Of a stretch of DNA of 64,000 nt, positions 1 to 9,976 are shown piece by piece. The stretch is taken from the NCBI GenBank assembly GCA_014729795.1, contig WJJI01000014.1, positions 757-64,756 on the forward strand. Reading direction: 5' to 3'. This stretch comes from Candidatus Moraniibacteriota bacterium. GTDB lineage: Bacteria > Patescibacteriota > Minisyncoccia > CAIUEV01 > JAHKAQ01. The translations under genes and the position numbers were made by a program. Below the pieces are notes generated by a model. It was not told the DNA's origin, did not search any database, and worked only from the letters and a program-made list of their open reading frames with translations. Positions within the stretch are counted from its first letter, which is position 1; each line of letters begins with the position of its first letter.

Positions 1-820
1 ACTTATGCGCCACGACATCACCTTTCCTTTATATGTAGAAGTGGACCAAATATACAACCTGGCTTGTCCGGCCGCTCCCGTGCATTATCAATTTGACCCG
101 GTGCAAACCACCAAAACTTCAGTGCATGGCTCCATAAACATGTTAGGCCTGGCTAAAAGAACCCGAGCCAGAATTCTACAAGCCTCAACCTCGGAAATCT
201 ATGGGGATCCGGAGATTCACCCACAAAAAGAAAGCTACTTGGGTCGGGTAAATCCAATCGGACCTCGAGCCTGTTACGACGAAGGCAAGCGCTGCGCTGA
301 AACCCTTTTTTTTGATTATTATCGTCAATACCGAGTTGATATTCGAGTGGCTAGAATTTTTAACACGTATGGTCCGAACATGGACTTCAATGATGGCAGG
401 GTGGTTTCCAATTTTGTGACCAAAGCGCTACAGAATCAAGATTTAGAGATTTACGGAGATGGTTCCCAGACCAGGAGTTTTCAATATATTGACGATCTTA
501 TCAAGGGTCTTGTAAGCTTAATGGAAAACAAGCAAGACTTTATCGGCCCGGTTAACCTAGGCAATGATCAAGAGATAACCGTAAAGCAGCTAGCCGGCAA
601 GGTTTTAGAATTGGCGCCGGAAAGCCAAAGTCGGTTGGTTTATAAAGACCTACCTCAAGATGATCCGATTAGAAGAAAACCCGATATTAGCCTAGCCAAA
701 AACAAGCTCAACTGGCAACCCCAAATAGACCTTGAAACCGGTTTGCAAAAAACTATCAGTTATTTTAAAAACATATTAAAACATGAATCTAACCATAACC
801 CAAGCTTTACAAAAGCTTAA
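1..820 (+). CDS. UDP-glucuronate decarboxylase-like NAD-dependent sugar epimerase/dehydratase. Only the C-terminal ~272 aa are present; the gene is 5'-truncated by the window edge.
   Basis: The translation ([36 protein letters not shown]...[10 protein letters not shown]...[11 protein letters not shown]) matches the catalytic core of UXS/dTDP-glucose-dehydratase-family enzymes. The reading frame stays open to base 1, and the N-terminal GxxGxxG Rossmann motif is absent, so the gene starts upstream of the window. Confidence 0.75.
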   Translation, partial: LMRHDITFPLYVEVDQIYNLACPAAPVHYQFDPVQTTKTSVHGSINMLGLAKRTRARILQASTSEIYGDPEIHPQKESYLGRVNPIGPRACYDEGKRCAETLFFDYYRQYRVDIRVARIFNTYGPNMDFNDGRVVSNFVTKALQNQDLEIYGDGSQTRSFQYIDDLIKGLVSLMENKQDFIGPVNLGNDQEITVKQLAGKVLELAPESQSRLVYKDLPQDDPIRRKPDISLAKNKLNWQPQIDLETGLQKTISYFKNILKHESNHNPSFTKA

Positions 821-2270
821 AAAACAAGAATTGACATCAGTGGCGCTAACTCGCAAATGTTTGGCCCGGATTGAAAAATACGAAAAAGCCCCGTATAAAG
901 TTAATGCAATCATTACCGTAAACAAAGAACAGGCGCTTGAACAGGCTCGAAAAAGCGACCAAAAAAGGAAAAACAACCAGAAACTTGGAGAGCTGGAAGG
1001 CATTCCTATTGCCGTGAAAGACGTAATCGCCACTCGGGGCTTAAGAACCACGGCCGCGTCCAAAATTTTGGATAATTTTATCCCAACTTACGATGCCACT
1101 GTGGTTAAAAATTTAAAAAAACAAGGCGCTGTCATTATTGCTAAAACCAATTGTGATGAGTTTGCTCACGGCGCTAGCGGGGAAAACTCTGCTTACGGGC
1201 CAACCAAAAATCCTTATGACCTGGAACGAGTCGCGGGCGGTAGCTCTTCGGGATCGGGCGCGATCGTGGTTTACGGTGGCGCTCTGGGCGCCGTGGGAAC
1301 CGATACCGGCGGCTCGGTCCGAGCTCCGGCCAGCTTCATGAATCTTGTCGGCGTTAAACCAAATTACGGTCGTACCTCCAGATACGGATTGCTAGCCATG
1401 AGTTCTTCAACCGACGTGGTTTCTCCTATTGCTCAAAACTGTTCGGACGCAGCTTTAATGCTTAAAGCCATGAGCGCCAAAGATCCCAAAGACTCAACCT
1501 CAGCCGGATTTGCCGGCAAAAGTTTTGATCGAGAATTTAACAAACCGCTGAAAAATTATAAATTCGCCTATCCAAAACAAGTTTATCAAAAAGGTCTTGA
1601 TCCCGAGATAAAAACTATTTTTATGCAAGGCTTAGAGCTTTTAAAATCACAAGGCGCTCAAATCCAGGAAATCGATATTCAAACCTTTGGCGAGCCGGCC
1701 GTGGCTGCCTATTATATTTTAGTTCCAAGCGAGATTAGCTCCAACCTAGCTCGCTACGATGGTATTAAATACGGCATGACCGCGAAACAAGCAAAAAATC
1801 TGGAACAGGTTTACACTCAAAGTCGCAGTCAATACCTTGGCCAAGAAACCAAACGCCGGGTCATGCTGGGCAATTTTGCCTTAAGTGCCGGTTATTATGA
1901 TGCCTATTACAAAAAAGCTCAGCAGGTTAGAGCTAAAATTAAACATAATGCCGGTAAAATATTTGCCAAATACGACCTTATTTTAACCCCAACCATGGCC
2001 TCAGCCGCTTTTAAAATGGGCGCTAAAAACGATCCGCTGAGCATGTATTTAGCCGATGTTTATGTGAATTACGCCAGCTTAGCCGGATTACCGGCTCTTT
2101 CCATTAATGCTGGTTGGCTAAAAAACAACCCCAAACAAGCCATTGTTGATCAAAAAGCTTTACCGGTCGGACTACAAATGGTAAGTAATTGGTGGGATGA
2201 GGAAAACTTATTGGGCGCGGCTTATCAATTTGAAAAGCTTATCGCGCTTCAGCAAACAGTTGCTCGCTAA
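783..2270 (+). CDS. gatA: Glutamyl-tRNA(Gln) amidotransferase subunit A
   Basis: Amidase signature [11 protein letters not shown]...[14 protein letters not shown], and an N-terminus typical of GatA. Overlaps the upstream gene by 38 bp. Confidence 0.9.
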   Translation: MNLTITQALQKLKKQELTSVALTRKCLARIEKYEKAPYKVNAIITVNKEQALEQARKSDQKRKNNQKLGELEGIPIAVKDVIATRGLRTTAASKILDNFIPTYDATVVKNLKKQGAVIIAKTNCDEFAHGASGENSAYGPTKNPYDLERVAGGSSSGSGAIVVYGGALGAVGTDTGGSVRAPASFMNLVGVKPNYGRTSRYGLLAMSSSTDVVSPIAQNCSDAALMLKAMSAKDPKDSTSAGFAGKSFDREFNKPLKNYKFAYPKQVYQKGLDPEIKTIFMQGLELLKSQGAQIQEIDIQTFGEPAVAAYYILVPSEISSNLARYDGIKYGMTAKQAKNLEQVYTQSRSQYLGQETKRRVMLGNFALSAGYYDAYYKKAQQVRAKIKHNAGKIFAKYDLILTPTMASAAFKMGAKNDPLSMYLADVYVNYASLAGLPALSINAGWLKNNPKQAIVDQKALPVGLQMVSNWWDEENLLGAAYQFEKLIALQQTVAR

Positions 2271-2310
2271 AATTTAAACTTTAAGATCAGCGGAGCTGCT
2301 CTTATTTGGC

Positions 2311-2339
2311 TTTACTAAAATCCGGGTTTTTGTTATAAT
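2311..2339 (+). promoter_or_regulatory. Putative sigma70-type promoter for the dacA-like/mraY transcription unit
   Basis: TTTACT (2311-2316), a 17-nt spacer, then TATAAT (2334-2339), about 150 bp upstream of the ORF at 2491. Confidence 0.3.
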
Positions 2340-2490
2340 TTTAAGACAATCAAGGCTAATTTAGCCTACCGCATTAATATGGATTACTAAGTGAATAAAT
2401 CCTAGATTAAGTTATAGATCAATGATTCATCCAAGCAAAATAATCATTTGGCTAATAAAGCCGGTTTTAAAATAACTAAACAAAAAAACA

Positions 2491-3453
2491 ATGCTTATTT
2501 TAATTTTGGTAATTCTTTTATTTCTGGGCAATCAGCCGGAAAAACCGGCGCAAAATCAGGAGTTAGGCGGAGGGCCTATTCAGGAGCAAGCTTCTTTGCA
2601 AGAGATCGTCCAAGAAGAACAAACCCTTGAATTGCCTAAATTTGAAAAAACCCCTCAATTGGTTGAAAATCCCCAAGCCGATCCGGTTTTGCCTTTTACC
2701 CACGCGGCTCTCGTTATGGAAGCAGATTCGGGCAAAATTTTGTTTAGCAAAAACGAAACCCGGAAAATGCCTATTGCTAGTTTAACCAAAATCATGACCG
2801 CTATTGTGGTTGCTGAAAATGTTCAAGACTGGAAAGCCGATGTTAACATTAGTAAAAAAGCCGCCTTTGCCGGCGGCGCCGCGGTGCGGTTAAAATGGGA
2901 TGAATACGTGGACGCCGATCAATTATTCAAAGCCATGCTTATGAATTCGGACAATGGCGCCGCCATCGCTCTGGCCGAACACGTGACCGGCTCCACCGAG
3001 GAATTCGCCAAGTTAATGAATCAACGGGCTAAAGAGTTGGGCGCTAACGATACTTTATTTACCGAACCTTCTGGTTTAGAGGATCAAAGAGCCTATTCAA
3101 CCGCTTATGATATCGCTTTAATTGCCAGAGAGGCTATCAAAAATCCCTTAATTACTCAACCCATGTTGATTAAAGGTCCGGTACAAATAAATTCTTGTGA
3201 CGGAGCCATTACTCATCGGGTTGGCAACACTAATTTATTTGTCAAAGACGAGGAATTCCTACGGCTTGCTCATCGAGTCGTTGGCGGCAAAACCGGCTTT
3301 ACATACGAAGCCGGATACTGTTTAATGGAAGCCATGGAAGATCAAGCCGGTCAACGAAAAGCCATCGGCATCATCTTAAACAGCGACAAAACCATGCGTT
3401 GGTACGAAATGGAGGAGATGATTGAATGGAGTTTTAACAACTACGAATGGTAA
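2491..3453 (+). CDS. D-alanyl-D-alanine carboxypeptidase (serine-type, low-MW PBP, S11 family)
   Basis: N-terminal signal/TM segment. SxxK (SLTKIMTA), SxN (MNSDNGAA) and KTG (GGKTGFT) motifs are in the correct order. Confidence 0.8.
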   Translation: MLILILVILLFLGNQPEKPAQNQELGGGPIQEQASLQEIVQEEQTLELPKFEKTPQLVENPQADPVLPFTHAALVMEADSGKILFSKNETRKMPIASLTKIMTAIVVAENVQDWKADVNISKKAAFAGGAAVRLKWDEYVDADQLFKAMLMNSDNGAAIALAEHVTGSTEEFAKLMNQRAKELGANDTLFTEPSGLEDQRAYSTAYDIALIAREAIKNPLITQPMLIKGPVQINSCDGAITHRVGNTNLFVKDEEFLRLAHRVVGGKTGFTYEAGYCLMEAMEDQAGQRKAIGIILNSDKTMRWYEMEEMIEWSFNNYEW

Positions 3454-4555
3454 TCGGTTAATCTCTTTGACCATGCAATTTGCTCAAATTTTTACAGTTC
3501 CCCTGTACGTGGATATTTTCAAAGTGCTTTTACTGGGCTTAATCGCTTTTTTGACCGCGCTTTTATGGACTCCTTTCTTGGCCGATTTCCTCTACAAGCA
3601 TTTTAAAACCAAAACCAAAACCCAAACCATCAGTGGCGAAAAGGCGCCGATTACCAAATCCTTAACCAAAGGCAAAGAAGGCACGCCGCTTATGGGCGGA
3701 TTGTTAGTGTGGGTAACCGCTCTTTTTCTGGGTTTGTTAATCTTAGGCTTAGCCAAGCTTTTTCCTCAAAGTTTTTTAAACGAACTCACCTTTTTTTCTC
3801 GCTCTCAAACCTGGCTGCCTTTTTTTGCTTTAACAGCAACCGGCATAATTGGTTTATTCGATGACTACTATTCAACCAGAGGCTTAGGCCGGAACAAGGG
3901 CGGGGGCATTAGTTTTAAATTCCGCTTGGCTTGGCTTTTTGTCATCGCGTTAGCCGGTGGACTATGGTTTCATTTTAAGCTAGACTATACCGACATTCAC
4001 ATCCCTGGCTTTGGCGATCTGGAAGTTGGTTTTTTATACATTTTGTATTTTATTTTGGTAATCGTGGCCACGGCTTTTTCTTCCAACGAAACTGATGGCC
4101 TGGATGGTTTAAACGGAGGGGTTTTATTGTTTGCCTTTGGCGCCATGAGCGTAATAGCTTTTTTTACCCAAAGAATTGATTTAGCCGCTTTTTGCTCGGT
4201 TTTATGCGGCGGTCTGTTGGCTTTTTTGTGGTTTAATATTCCGCCGGCTCGTTTTTTTATGGGCGACACCGGCGCTTTTTCCCTGGGAACCACCTTGGGA
4301 GTGGTAGCAATGCTTACCAACGCATCCTTGGTTTTACCTATCATTGCTTTTATTTACGTTGTTGAATCTGCTTCGGTTTTAATTCAAATGGCCTCTAAAA
4401 AGTGGCGCGGTAAAAAAGTTTTCTTAGCCGCCCCTATTCATTATCACTTTCGAGCCAAGGGCTGGAGCGAAGCCAAAGTGGTTATGCGTTTTTGGATCGT
4501 CTCGGCCGTTATGAGCGTAATTGGTATTATTATCGGTATTTTTGGCAGCGGTTAA
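3422..4555 (+). CDS. mraY: Phospho-N-acetylmuramoyl-pentapeptide transferase
   Basis: Polytopic membrane protein with DDYYSTRGL, NETDGLDGL and MGDTGAFSLG motifs. The true start is probably the internal Met at about 3473, which would remove the 32-bp overlap with the upstream gene. Confidence 0.88.
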   Translation: MNGVLTTTNGNRLISLTMQFAQIFTVPLYVDIFKVLLLGLIAFLTALLWTPFLADFLYKHFKTKTKTQTISGEKAPITKSLTKGKEGTPLMGGLLVWVTALFLGLLILGLAKLFPQSFLNELTFFSRSQTWLPFFALTATGIIGLFDDYYSTRGLGRNKGGGISFKFRLAWLFVIALAGGLWFHFKLDYTDIHIPGFGDLEVGFLYILYFILVIVATAFSSNETDGLDGLNGGVLLFAFGAMSVIAFFTQRIDLAAFCSVLCGGLLAFLWFNIPPARFFMGDTGAFSLGTTLGVVAMLTNASLVLPIIAFIYVVESASVLIQMASKKWRGKKVFLAAPIHYHFRAKGWSEAKVVMRFWIVSAVMSVIGIIIGIFGSG

Positions 4556-4577
4556 GTCTTAATAATTTATTTTTAGC

Positions 4578-5171
4578 ATGGAATTAAAAATTCTGATCAA
4601 GGTAATTAAAAAAAATCGCAAAAAAACCTTGATCATAGCGAGTTTGATCACAATAATCGCGACTGTTGGGTATCTGATTCGACCCAAGCAATATCAAGCC
4701 ATGTTCGCTGTAACGGTGTTGCAAAAAGGGAGCGATCAAAGTTCGGACTATCAATTTGACAACTATTATTCTCAAGAAGCTATTGATACGTTTACCGATT
4801 CTTTAGAACAATGGCCCGGTAATCCCGGGTTAATCCAGACGGTTTACAAAAAAGCCGGGATTAATATAAATAATCAAGATCCTTCAAAATTAATAAAAGC
4901 CAGGAAGCTGGGCCCAGACTATCTGGAATTCCGCTTTAAGGCAAAAAGCCCCAAAAACGCTCAAGCCATAGCAAAATCATTAACCGAACAGCTCGCTTCA
5001 GAGCTAGAAAAAAGAAAAACCAACAAAAAAGTTTGGTTTTCCTTGGATGCCGGCGAACCTTATATAGAAGAAGCCCAACTCCCCATAGTAATTTTTATTC
5101 CCATTGCTGCGTTAACCGGTTTATTATTAGGCGCGACCTGGTCTATGCTTGTGTTTTATTGGCAGGACTAA
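4578..5171 (+). CDS. Small bitopic membrane protein, Wzz/PCP (polysaccharide co-polymerase)-like topology
   Basis: An N-terminal TM helix, a ~140-aa hydrophilic domain and a C-terminal TM helix (IVIFIPIAALTGLLLGATWSMLVFYW). It lies between cell-wall and glycosyltransferase genes. Confidence 0.3.
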   Translation: MELKILIKVIKKNRKKTLIIASLITIIATVGYLIRPKQYQAMFAVTVLQKGSDQSSDYQFDNYYSQEAIDTFTDSLEQWPGNPGLIQTVYKKAGININNQDPSKLIKARKLGPDYLEFRFKAKSPKNAQAIAKSLTEQLASELEKRKTNKKVWFSLDAGEPYIEEAQLPIVIFIPIAALTGLLLGATWSMLVFYWQD

Positions 5172-5274
5172 AGACATTGGTTTTTTATCGTTCAGCTAAT
5201 ACCGACCAGTTTTTCGTTTGCCTTACCAAAGAAATAATGATAAATTTTTTATTTTGTAATCCATAGTAATATTT

Positions 5275-6456
5275 ATGAGAATCGGCATTGATGCTCGGCT
5301 TTTGGATGCCAAGCTGCACAGCGGGGTAGAGGAGTATACAATTAATCTTTTAGAGTCAATCTTTAAACAGGATCGAGCAAACACGTATATCTTATTTTAT
5401 AATGCCTTTAACAAAGAGTTACCTGATTTTATCACGGCAATGGAAAAATACCCCAATGTGTTTGTAAGAAGGTTATTTTGGCCTAATAAAATTTTAAACT
5501 TTCTTTTGTTTCTGTTTAAATATCCTAAAATCGATAGACTTTTAGATGTTCCGGTTTTGTTTACTCCCAATCTTAACTTTACAGCGTGGAGCCGCGCTTG
5601 CAAGCACTTGCTTACAATTCATGATTTTTCCTTTAAGATTTTTCCTGAATTTTTTGATTTAAAACGCAAAATTTGGCATTGGTTGGTCGCTCCCAAAAAA
5701 TTAATCGAAAAAAGCGATTTGATTTTTACGGTTTCCAAAACCGGCCAACGCGACATTTTAAATTTTTTTACCAAAACCAGGCAAAAAGTATTAAAAAGCA
5801 AATTTCGAATTCTTTATCCAATTGTAGATCAGCAGCTCAAACCGGTTCAAAAACCAGGCAAACTAAAACGCGTTTTAGCCAAATATCAACTTAACCCCGG
5901 TTATTTATTGGTCTTAGGCACCTTTGAACCCCGAAAAAACCTCGGCGCTTTAATTACAGCTTACGCTTACTTGAGAAAAAAGGGACACACCCATACTAAA
6001 TTGGTAATCACCGGTAAACAAGGCTGGTTATTTAAAAAAACCCTGGATCTTATCCGGGCTTCTAAATTTAGAAATAGCATAGTGTTTACTGGCCCTATCC
6101 ATCGACAAGACCGTTCCGCTATCTATTCTGGAGCAAAATTATTTATTTTTCCTTCAATCTACGAAGGTTTTGGTTATCCTCCGCTTGAGGCTATGGCTTG
6201 CTCCACCCCGGTTATTTCTTCCCAAGCAGGCTCCTTGCCCGAAATTCTTGGCAAAAGCGCGCTTTATTTTAACCCTTTTTTTAGCAGAGAGCTGGCTCAA
6301 GCAATTATTGTGCTGCAAAAAGAAAAAGCTTACGCCAAACTTCTAATCCAAGCAGGCAAAAAAAGAGTCGCAAAATTTCAAAATAATAAATCAGGGCGGA
6401 AATTTTTAAAATTCGTCAACCAAGCCATCAACAACAGGCCCGGTCATGCTGCCTGA
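5275..6456 (+). CDS. Glycosyltransferase family 4 (GT-B fold)
   Basis: C-terminal EGFGYPPLEAMACSTPVISS motif (the E-x7-E GT4 signature) and overall GT4 layout. Confidence 0.75.
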   Translation: MRIGIDARLLDAKLHSGVEEYTINLLESIFKQDRANTYILFYNAFNKELPDFITAMEKYPNVFVRRLFWPNKILNFLLFLFKYPKIDRLLDVPVLFTPNLNFTAWSRACKHLLTIHDFSFKIFPEFFDLKRKIWHWLVAPKKLIEKSDLIFTVSKTGQRDILNFFTKTRQKVLKSKFRILYPIVDQQLKPVQKPGKLKRVLAKYQLNPGYLLVLGTFEPRKNLGALITAYAYLRKKGHTHTKLVITGKQGWLFKKTLDLIRASKFRNSIVFTGPIHRQDRSAIYSGAKLFIFPSIYEGFGYPPLEAMACSTPVISSQAGSLPEILGKSALYFNPFFSRELAQAIIVLQKEKAYAKLLIQAGKKRVAKFQNNKSGRKFLKFVNQAINNRPGHAA

Positions 6457-6464
6457 AATCCGTC

Positions 6465-6818
6465 TTAGTTTGCCTTTTTTAGCGTTACTTTGTATTGAGG
6501 CTCGTATTGAGTGTTGTTTTTATCTTTAACTTCGATATTTTTACCTTGCATTAAATTATTGATGGCCAAGTCGCTGATCATTTGTTCCATGTCTTTAATT
6601 TCCTGATTAAGCTGTTCTAGTTTTTCATAGCGCTTACCCATGTTTTGCTGAACCATGGCCTCAAATTGCTTTTTTTTGTCTCGCAAATCTTTAATTTGTT
6701 CTTCGATTTCCTGATATTCCTGCTCTTGTTTAAGGCTGTCGGTATACTCTCTCCTAATCTCCTTTTTTTCTTGCTTGAGCTCTTGTAATTCATTAAAAAC
6801 GTCCTGGATGTTTTGCAT
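6465..6818 (-). CDS. Hypothetical coiled-coil protein (E/K/Q-rich)
   Basis: 117-aa ORF with strong heptad-like charged composition. It is the last gene of the minus-strand T4SS-like operon. Confidence 0.4.
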   Translation of the reverse strand: MQNIQDVFNELQELKQEKKEIRREYTDSLKQEQEYQEIEEQIKDLRDKKKQFEAMVQQNMGKRYEKLEQLNQEIKDMEQMISDLAINNLMQGKNIEVKDKNNTQYEPQYKVTLKKAN

Positions 6819-6924
6819 AGTTTGTGATTAATAATAGAAAAATAGCGTAAAGCTTTAATAACTAGACCAAATCAATCTCAAAAAATTAAGCCGATTCGGT
6901 TTTTATCCAACGTGTTAAGATTTT

Positions 6925-7398
6925 TTATCTAAAAATCATTAAAATATTATCTAACAAATACTTAACAGCTAAATTAACCGTTACGGATGTTTTGGTTTCA
7001 GGCTTAGTTAACTCAACCAGTTCTTTATTGATTATTCGCAACAGCAAATAACCGGTCACCAAAATTATAATGCCAATTAAAGCAGAAAAAATCGTGGTTT
7101 TTGCCTCCCCGGTTTTTGAGGTGTTCCCCGCTGCTGTTAAATACTGAAACCCGCCAATCATAAACATGGCCAAACCCAAAACACCGGCCACATAAACTAC
7201 GAATTTATAGATCGCATTAATGTATTCAACCGGATCATCGATTTTATCTGTAGCGCCGCCCAAGCCAAATTCAAAAGGAACTTCCAATTTCCAACCGCTT
7301 GCTTTCGCTTGCTCGGGAGTCAAAGGAAAACAGAAAAATAGAATTATTGTTAAAAAAGACAAACAACCCCTAATTAATAAATTCAAGCTCCGTTTCAT
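6925..7398 (-). CDS. VirB2/TrbC-like pilin candidate
   Basis: Signal peptide (…TPEQAKA), then two adjacent hydrophobic helices (FVVYVAGVLGLAMFMIGGFQYL and TIFSALIGIIILVTGYLLL) separated by a short polar loop. That is the hallmark layout of T4SS pilins. It sits immediately downstream of virB4. Confidence 0.4.
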   Translation of the reverse strand: MKRSLNLLIRGCLSFLTIILFFCFPLTPEQAKASGWKLEVPFEFGLGGATDKIDDPVEYINAIYKFVVYVAGVLGLAMFMIGGFQYLTAAGNTSKTGEAKTTIFSALIGIIILVTGYLLLRIINKELVELTKPETKTSVTVNLAVKYLLDNILMIFR

Positions 7399-7404
7399 GT
7401 TTTC

Positions 7405-9231
7405 TTATTTATAGTTTCTTTGTTCGCGCATTTCTTCTTTGGCTTTGGCAATTTCAATCAGCTGCTCGGGGTTAGAAGTGATAATTTGGTCTTCGGTATA
7501 AGATGCCACCACCTTAATAGCCGCGTGTTTTAAGCCGGCGAAGAAAATTCCTTCCCCAACGCTGCTTTCCAGCAAAAGAAACTTTTCCTGATCGGTTAAA
7601 TAAAAAGTTTCTGAAATAATATCAATCGAGGAAGGGGATTGCTTCAAGAGTAACTGTAAAGATGAATTAGAAATAATCGGTTTGCCGTAGCGGGAATTTA
7701 TAAAATCGCTAACATCCTGAGTAATCGTAGTAAGTCCAGTATAATATTTTCTACACCTTTTCGCAATCTGAAACATAAAATTTCCCGCATCTTCATGCAC
7801 CATCATGATCCAAGCCTCATCTACTACCAGCAATCTTTTTTTTAGTTCGCTTCTGATTTCATTCCAAATATATTGCAAAATTAAATACATTGCCACGGGT
7901 CTCAAGATTTCTTCCATGTCACGAATATTAAACACTATTAACTGATTATTTAAACGCACGTTGGTTTTTTTGTTTAAAAAACCGGCAAAAGTGCCCTGAG
8001 TGTATTTTTCCAAACGGATAGCCAGGTCTTCTCCACCGCTCATATTGCGCAACACATCATACAAAATCGATAAAGTGGGCGGATCCTTAATCGCGTTTTC
8101 AAAATTGGCGGAATCCGGGTAAATATCTTTAACCGCGTAAGCTTCGTGAATTGCTTTGTCTAAAATCGAATCTTCTTCAGGCGTGATATTACCCAAGACG
8201 ATTTTCATTAAACCCAAAATATTTGCGACATTGCCTCTTAAAACCTCTTCCGGATCGTCTCCCGGATCAAGTTTAGGCAGGTCGAACGGGTTGATATTGT
8301 TTGCCGAGTTCAGTGAAATTTTTACAAAAGTACCGCCCACGGCATCGCACAAGTGCTTATATTCGTTTTCCGGATCAATAACAATTACTTGGATGCCAAA
8401 CATCATGGAACGCAGAACTTCCAATTTGCAAGCATAAGACTTCCCTGAACCCGATTTAGCAAAAACCACCATGTTGGCGTTTTCCATTTTAAATCGATCA
8501 AAAAGAATTAAACTGTTGTTGTGTCTGTTTATTCCGTAAAGAATGCCTTCGCTGGAGCTTAAATTAGAAGAGACAAACGGAAAAGAGGTGGAAAGCGGCG
8601 ATGTGTTTAAGTTGGTAGACGCGTCAATCTCATCATTGGCCAATGGCAAGTTGGAGGCAAAAGCTTGCTCCATCCGAAAAGCCGCTGGTTTTAAATAGAT
8701 GAGCCGCGATTCCATCAAAGCTTCAATGTTGGATTCCAGCTCGTCAATTTCTTGACGGCTTGCCCCGTAAATAGTCAAATAAACCCCAAAACGGAAAAAT
8801 CTTTCCGTGCCCTGTTGTAATCGATCCCGCAATGCTTCAATGTCCTGGATTGAGGTTTCTAACAAAGGATCTCTGATCTTACCGGCTTGAGTCTCTAAAG
8901 ACATTCTTGATTGCACTTGAGTCGCGGTTTTACGAAGCGCTTTCATAATAACATGAGTTTCAATCGGATGAATAAACATGGTGATATCCATCATTTTATC
9001 CATATTTATAATTGGAGTGAGCCAGCCCGTTTGCAGGTAACGAGGAAAGGTCACCACGAAAAGGGTTTTAACGTATCGATCCCCAACCCTTAAAAAAGTG
9101 GGCGAAACCGTGAAAGAGGCCGGCGCGATTAAATCTTTGACCGTGGCCAGGCCTTTTTGGTAAAGTTGATCAGCTGTCATCTGTTTAGGGTCTTGCTTTT
9201 TTTTCTTTTTACTTTTGAAAATCGGCAACAT
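7405..9231 (-). CDS. VirB4/TrbE/CagE-family T4SS ATPase, C-terminal ATPase part
   Basis: Walker A FAKSGSGKSY, Walker B LLVVDEAW, and conserved VirB4 C-terminal blocks. Confidence 0.85.
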   Translation of the reverse strand: MLPIFKSKKKKKQDPKQMTADQLYQKGLATVKDLIAPASFTVSPTFLRVGDRYVKTLFVVTFPRYLQTGWLTPIINMDKMMDITMFIHPIETHVIMKALRKTATQVQSRMSLETQAGKIRDPLLETSIQDIEALRDRLQQGTERFFRFGVYLTIYGASRQEIDELESNIEALMESRLIYLKPAAFRMEQAFASNLPLANDEIDASTNLNTSPLSTSFPFVSSNLSSSEGILYGINRHNNSLILFDRFKMENANMVVFAKSGSGKSYACKLEVLRSMMFGIQVIVIDPENEYKHLCDAVGGTFVKISLNSANNINPFDLPKLDPGDDPEEVLRGNVANILGLMKIVLGNITPEEDSILDKAIHEAYAVKDIYPDSANFENAIKDPPTLSILYDVLRNMSGGEDLAIRLEKYTQGTFAGFLNKKTNVRLNNQLIVFNIRDMEEILRPVAMYLILQYIWNEIRSELKKRLLVVDEAWIMMVHEDAGNFMFQIAKRCRKYYTGLTTITQDVSDFINSRYGKPIISNSSLQLLLKQSPSSIDIISETFYLTDQEKFLLLESSVGEGIFFAGLKHAAIKVVASYTEDQIITSNPEQLIEIAKAKEEMREQRNYK

Positions 9232-9241
9232 GCTTTTTTAT

Positions 9242-9952
9242 TTATCCATATAAAGAGGTATTAACCGCTAATGATTCGACCGGAGCCATGCCCGTTCTTT
9301 CCACCGGATCTGGATTATAAAGAGAATAATACAACTCGATTAATTCCTGGGTGTTAAGGGGAATCATGCGCACGCCCGCACCGTTTAAACCGTATTGAAC
9401 ATGCTGGGCTCGTTGATAAATTTGTTCTTTGTAAACTTCAAAATTTTTCTTGGCTTGCTTTTGAACCGCTTGTCTGGGGCTTATAATCGCGTAAATTTTT
9501 TCAGTAATCGTGCTTTTTTGATTTTCGCTTGGAGAAAAAGGCACCACAATGTAAAAGTTCTTATTCACAATATCGCTCATAGTGCTAATATTGGTGATGT
9601 ATTTAATATAGTCTTGCATTTGCAATCGCAGTAATTCGTTAGGCTGTTCACGCGATAAGGTTTTTAAACTATTAACATAATTTGTTAAATTGACTTTTCG
9701 AGAACTGATGAAAATTTGAACCGGAAAATCAAGCGAATTAAGAAAATTTTGATAATAAGCCACAATCGCGTCTTGCTCTTCGCTTGATTTAAGATCAAAA
9801 TTAATCGAGGAAACCATCAAAACCATTCGCATACTGCCGTTTTTTAAGATCACTACCCCGTCTTTGATTTCTTCAATATCTAAAAATTGCTGGGTGCTTG
9901 CAGCTTTATTTTTCTGCTTAATAAGTTTTTTAGAATGAAGACTTTCCGGCAT
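9242..9952 (-). CDS. VirB4 N-terminal domain encoded as a separate ORF (split or frameshifted virB4)
   Basis: FLDIEEIKDGVVILKNGSMRMVLMVSSINFDLKSSEEQDAIVAYYQNFLNSLDFPVQIF matches the conserved N-terminal block of VirB4/TrsE/PrgJ-type proteins. The ORF stops 11 bp upstream of the ATPase ORF start and is in a different frame. Confidence 0.6.
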   Translation of the reverse strand: MPESLHSKKLIKQKNKAASTQQFLDIEEIKDGVVILKNGSMRMVLMVSSINFDLKSSEEQDAIVAYYQNFLNSLDFPVQIFISSRKVNLTNYVNSLKTLSREQPNELLRLQMQDYIKYITNISTMSDIVNKNFYIVVPFSPSENQKSTITEKIYAIISPRQAVQKQAKKNFEVYKEQIYQRAQHVQYGLNGAGVRMIPLNTQELIELYYSLYNPDPVERTGMAPVESLAVNTSLYG

Positions 9953-9976
9953 TTGTGTTTGTGTTTATTTTAGCAA

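Noticed and set aside
776-1063. 95-aa minus-strand ORF overlapping the gatA start
   Set aside because: It is antisense to gatA and hydrophobic low-complexity, so it is spurious. The same applies to ORFs 1138-1341, 3997-4344, 8156-8437, 15309-16206 (+) and 16627-17115 (+), which overlap well-supported genes.
2448-2630. 60-aa ORF overlapping the start of the D,D-carboxypeptidase gene
   Set aside because: It is out of frame with and overlaps the signal-peptide region of a well-supported gene. It is more likely the 5' UTR or start region of that gene.
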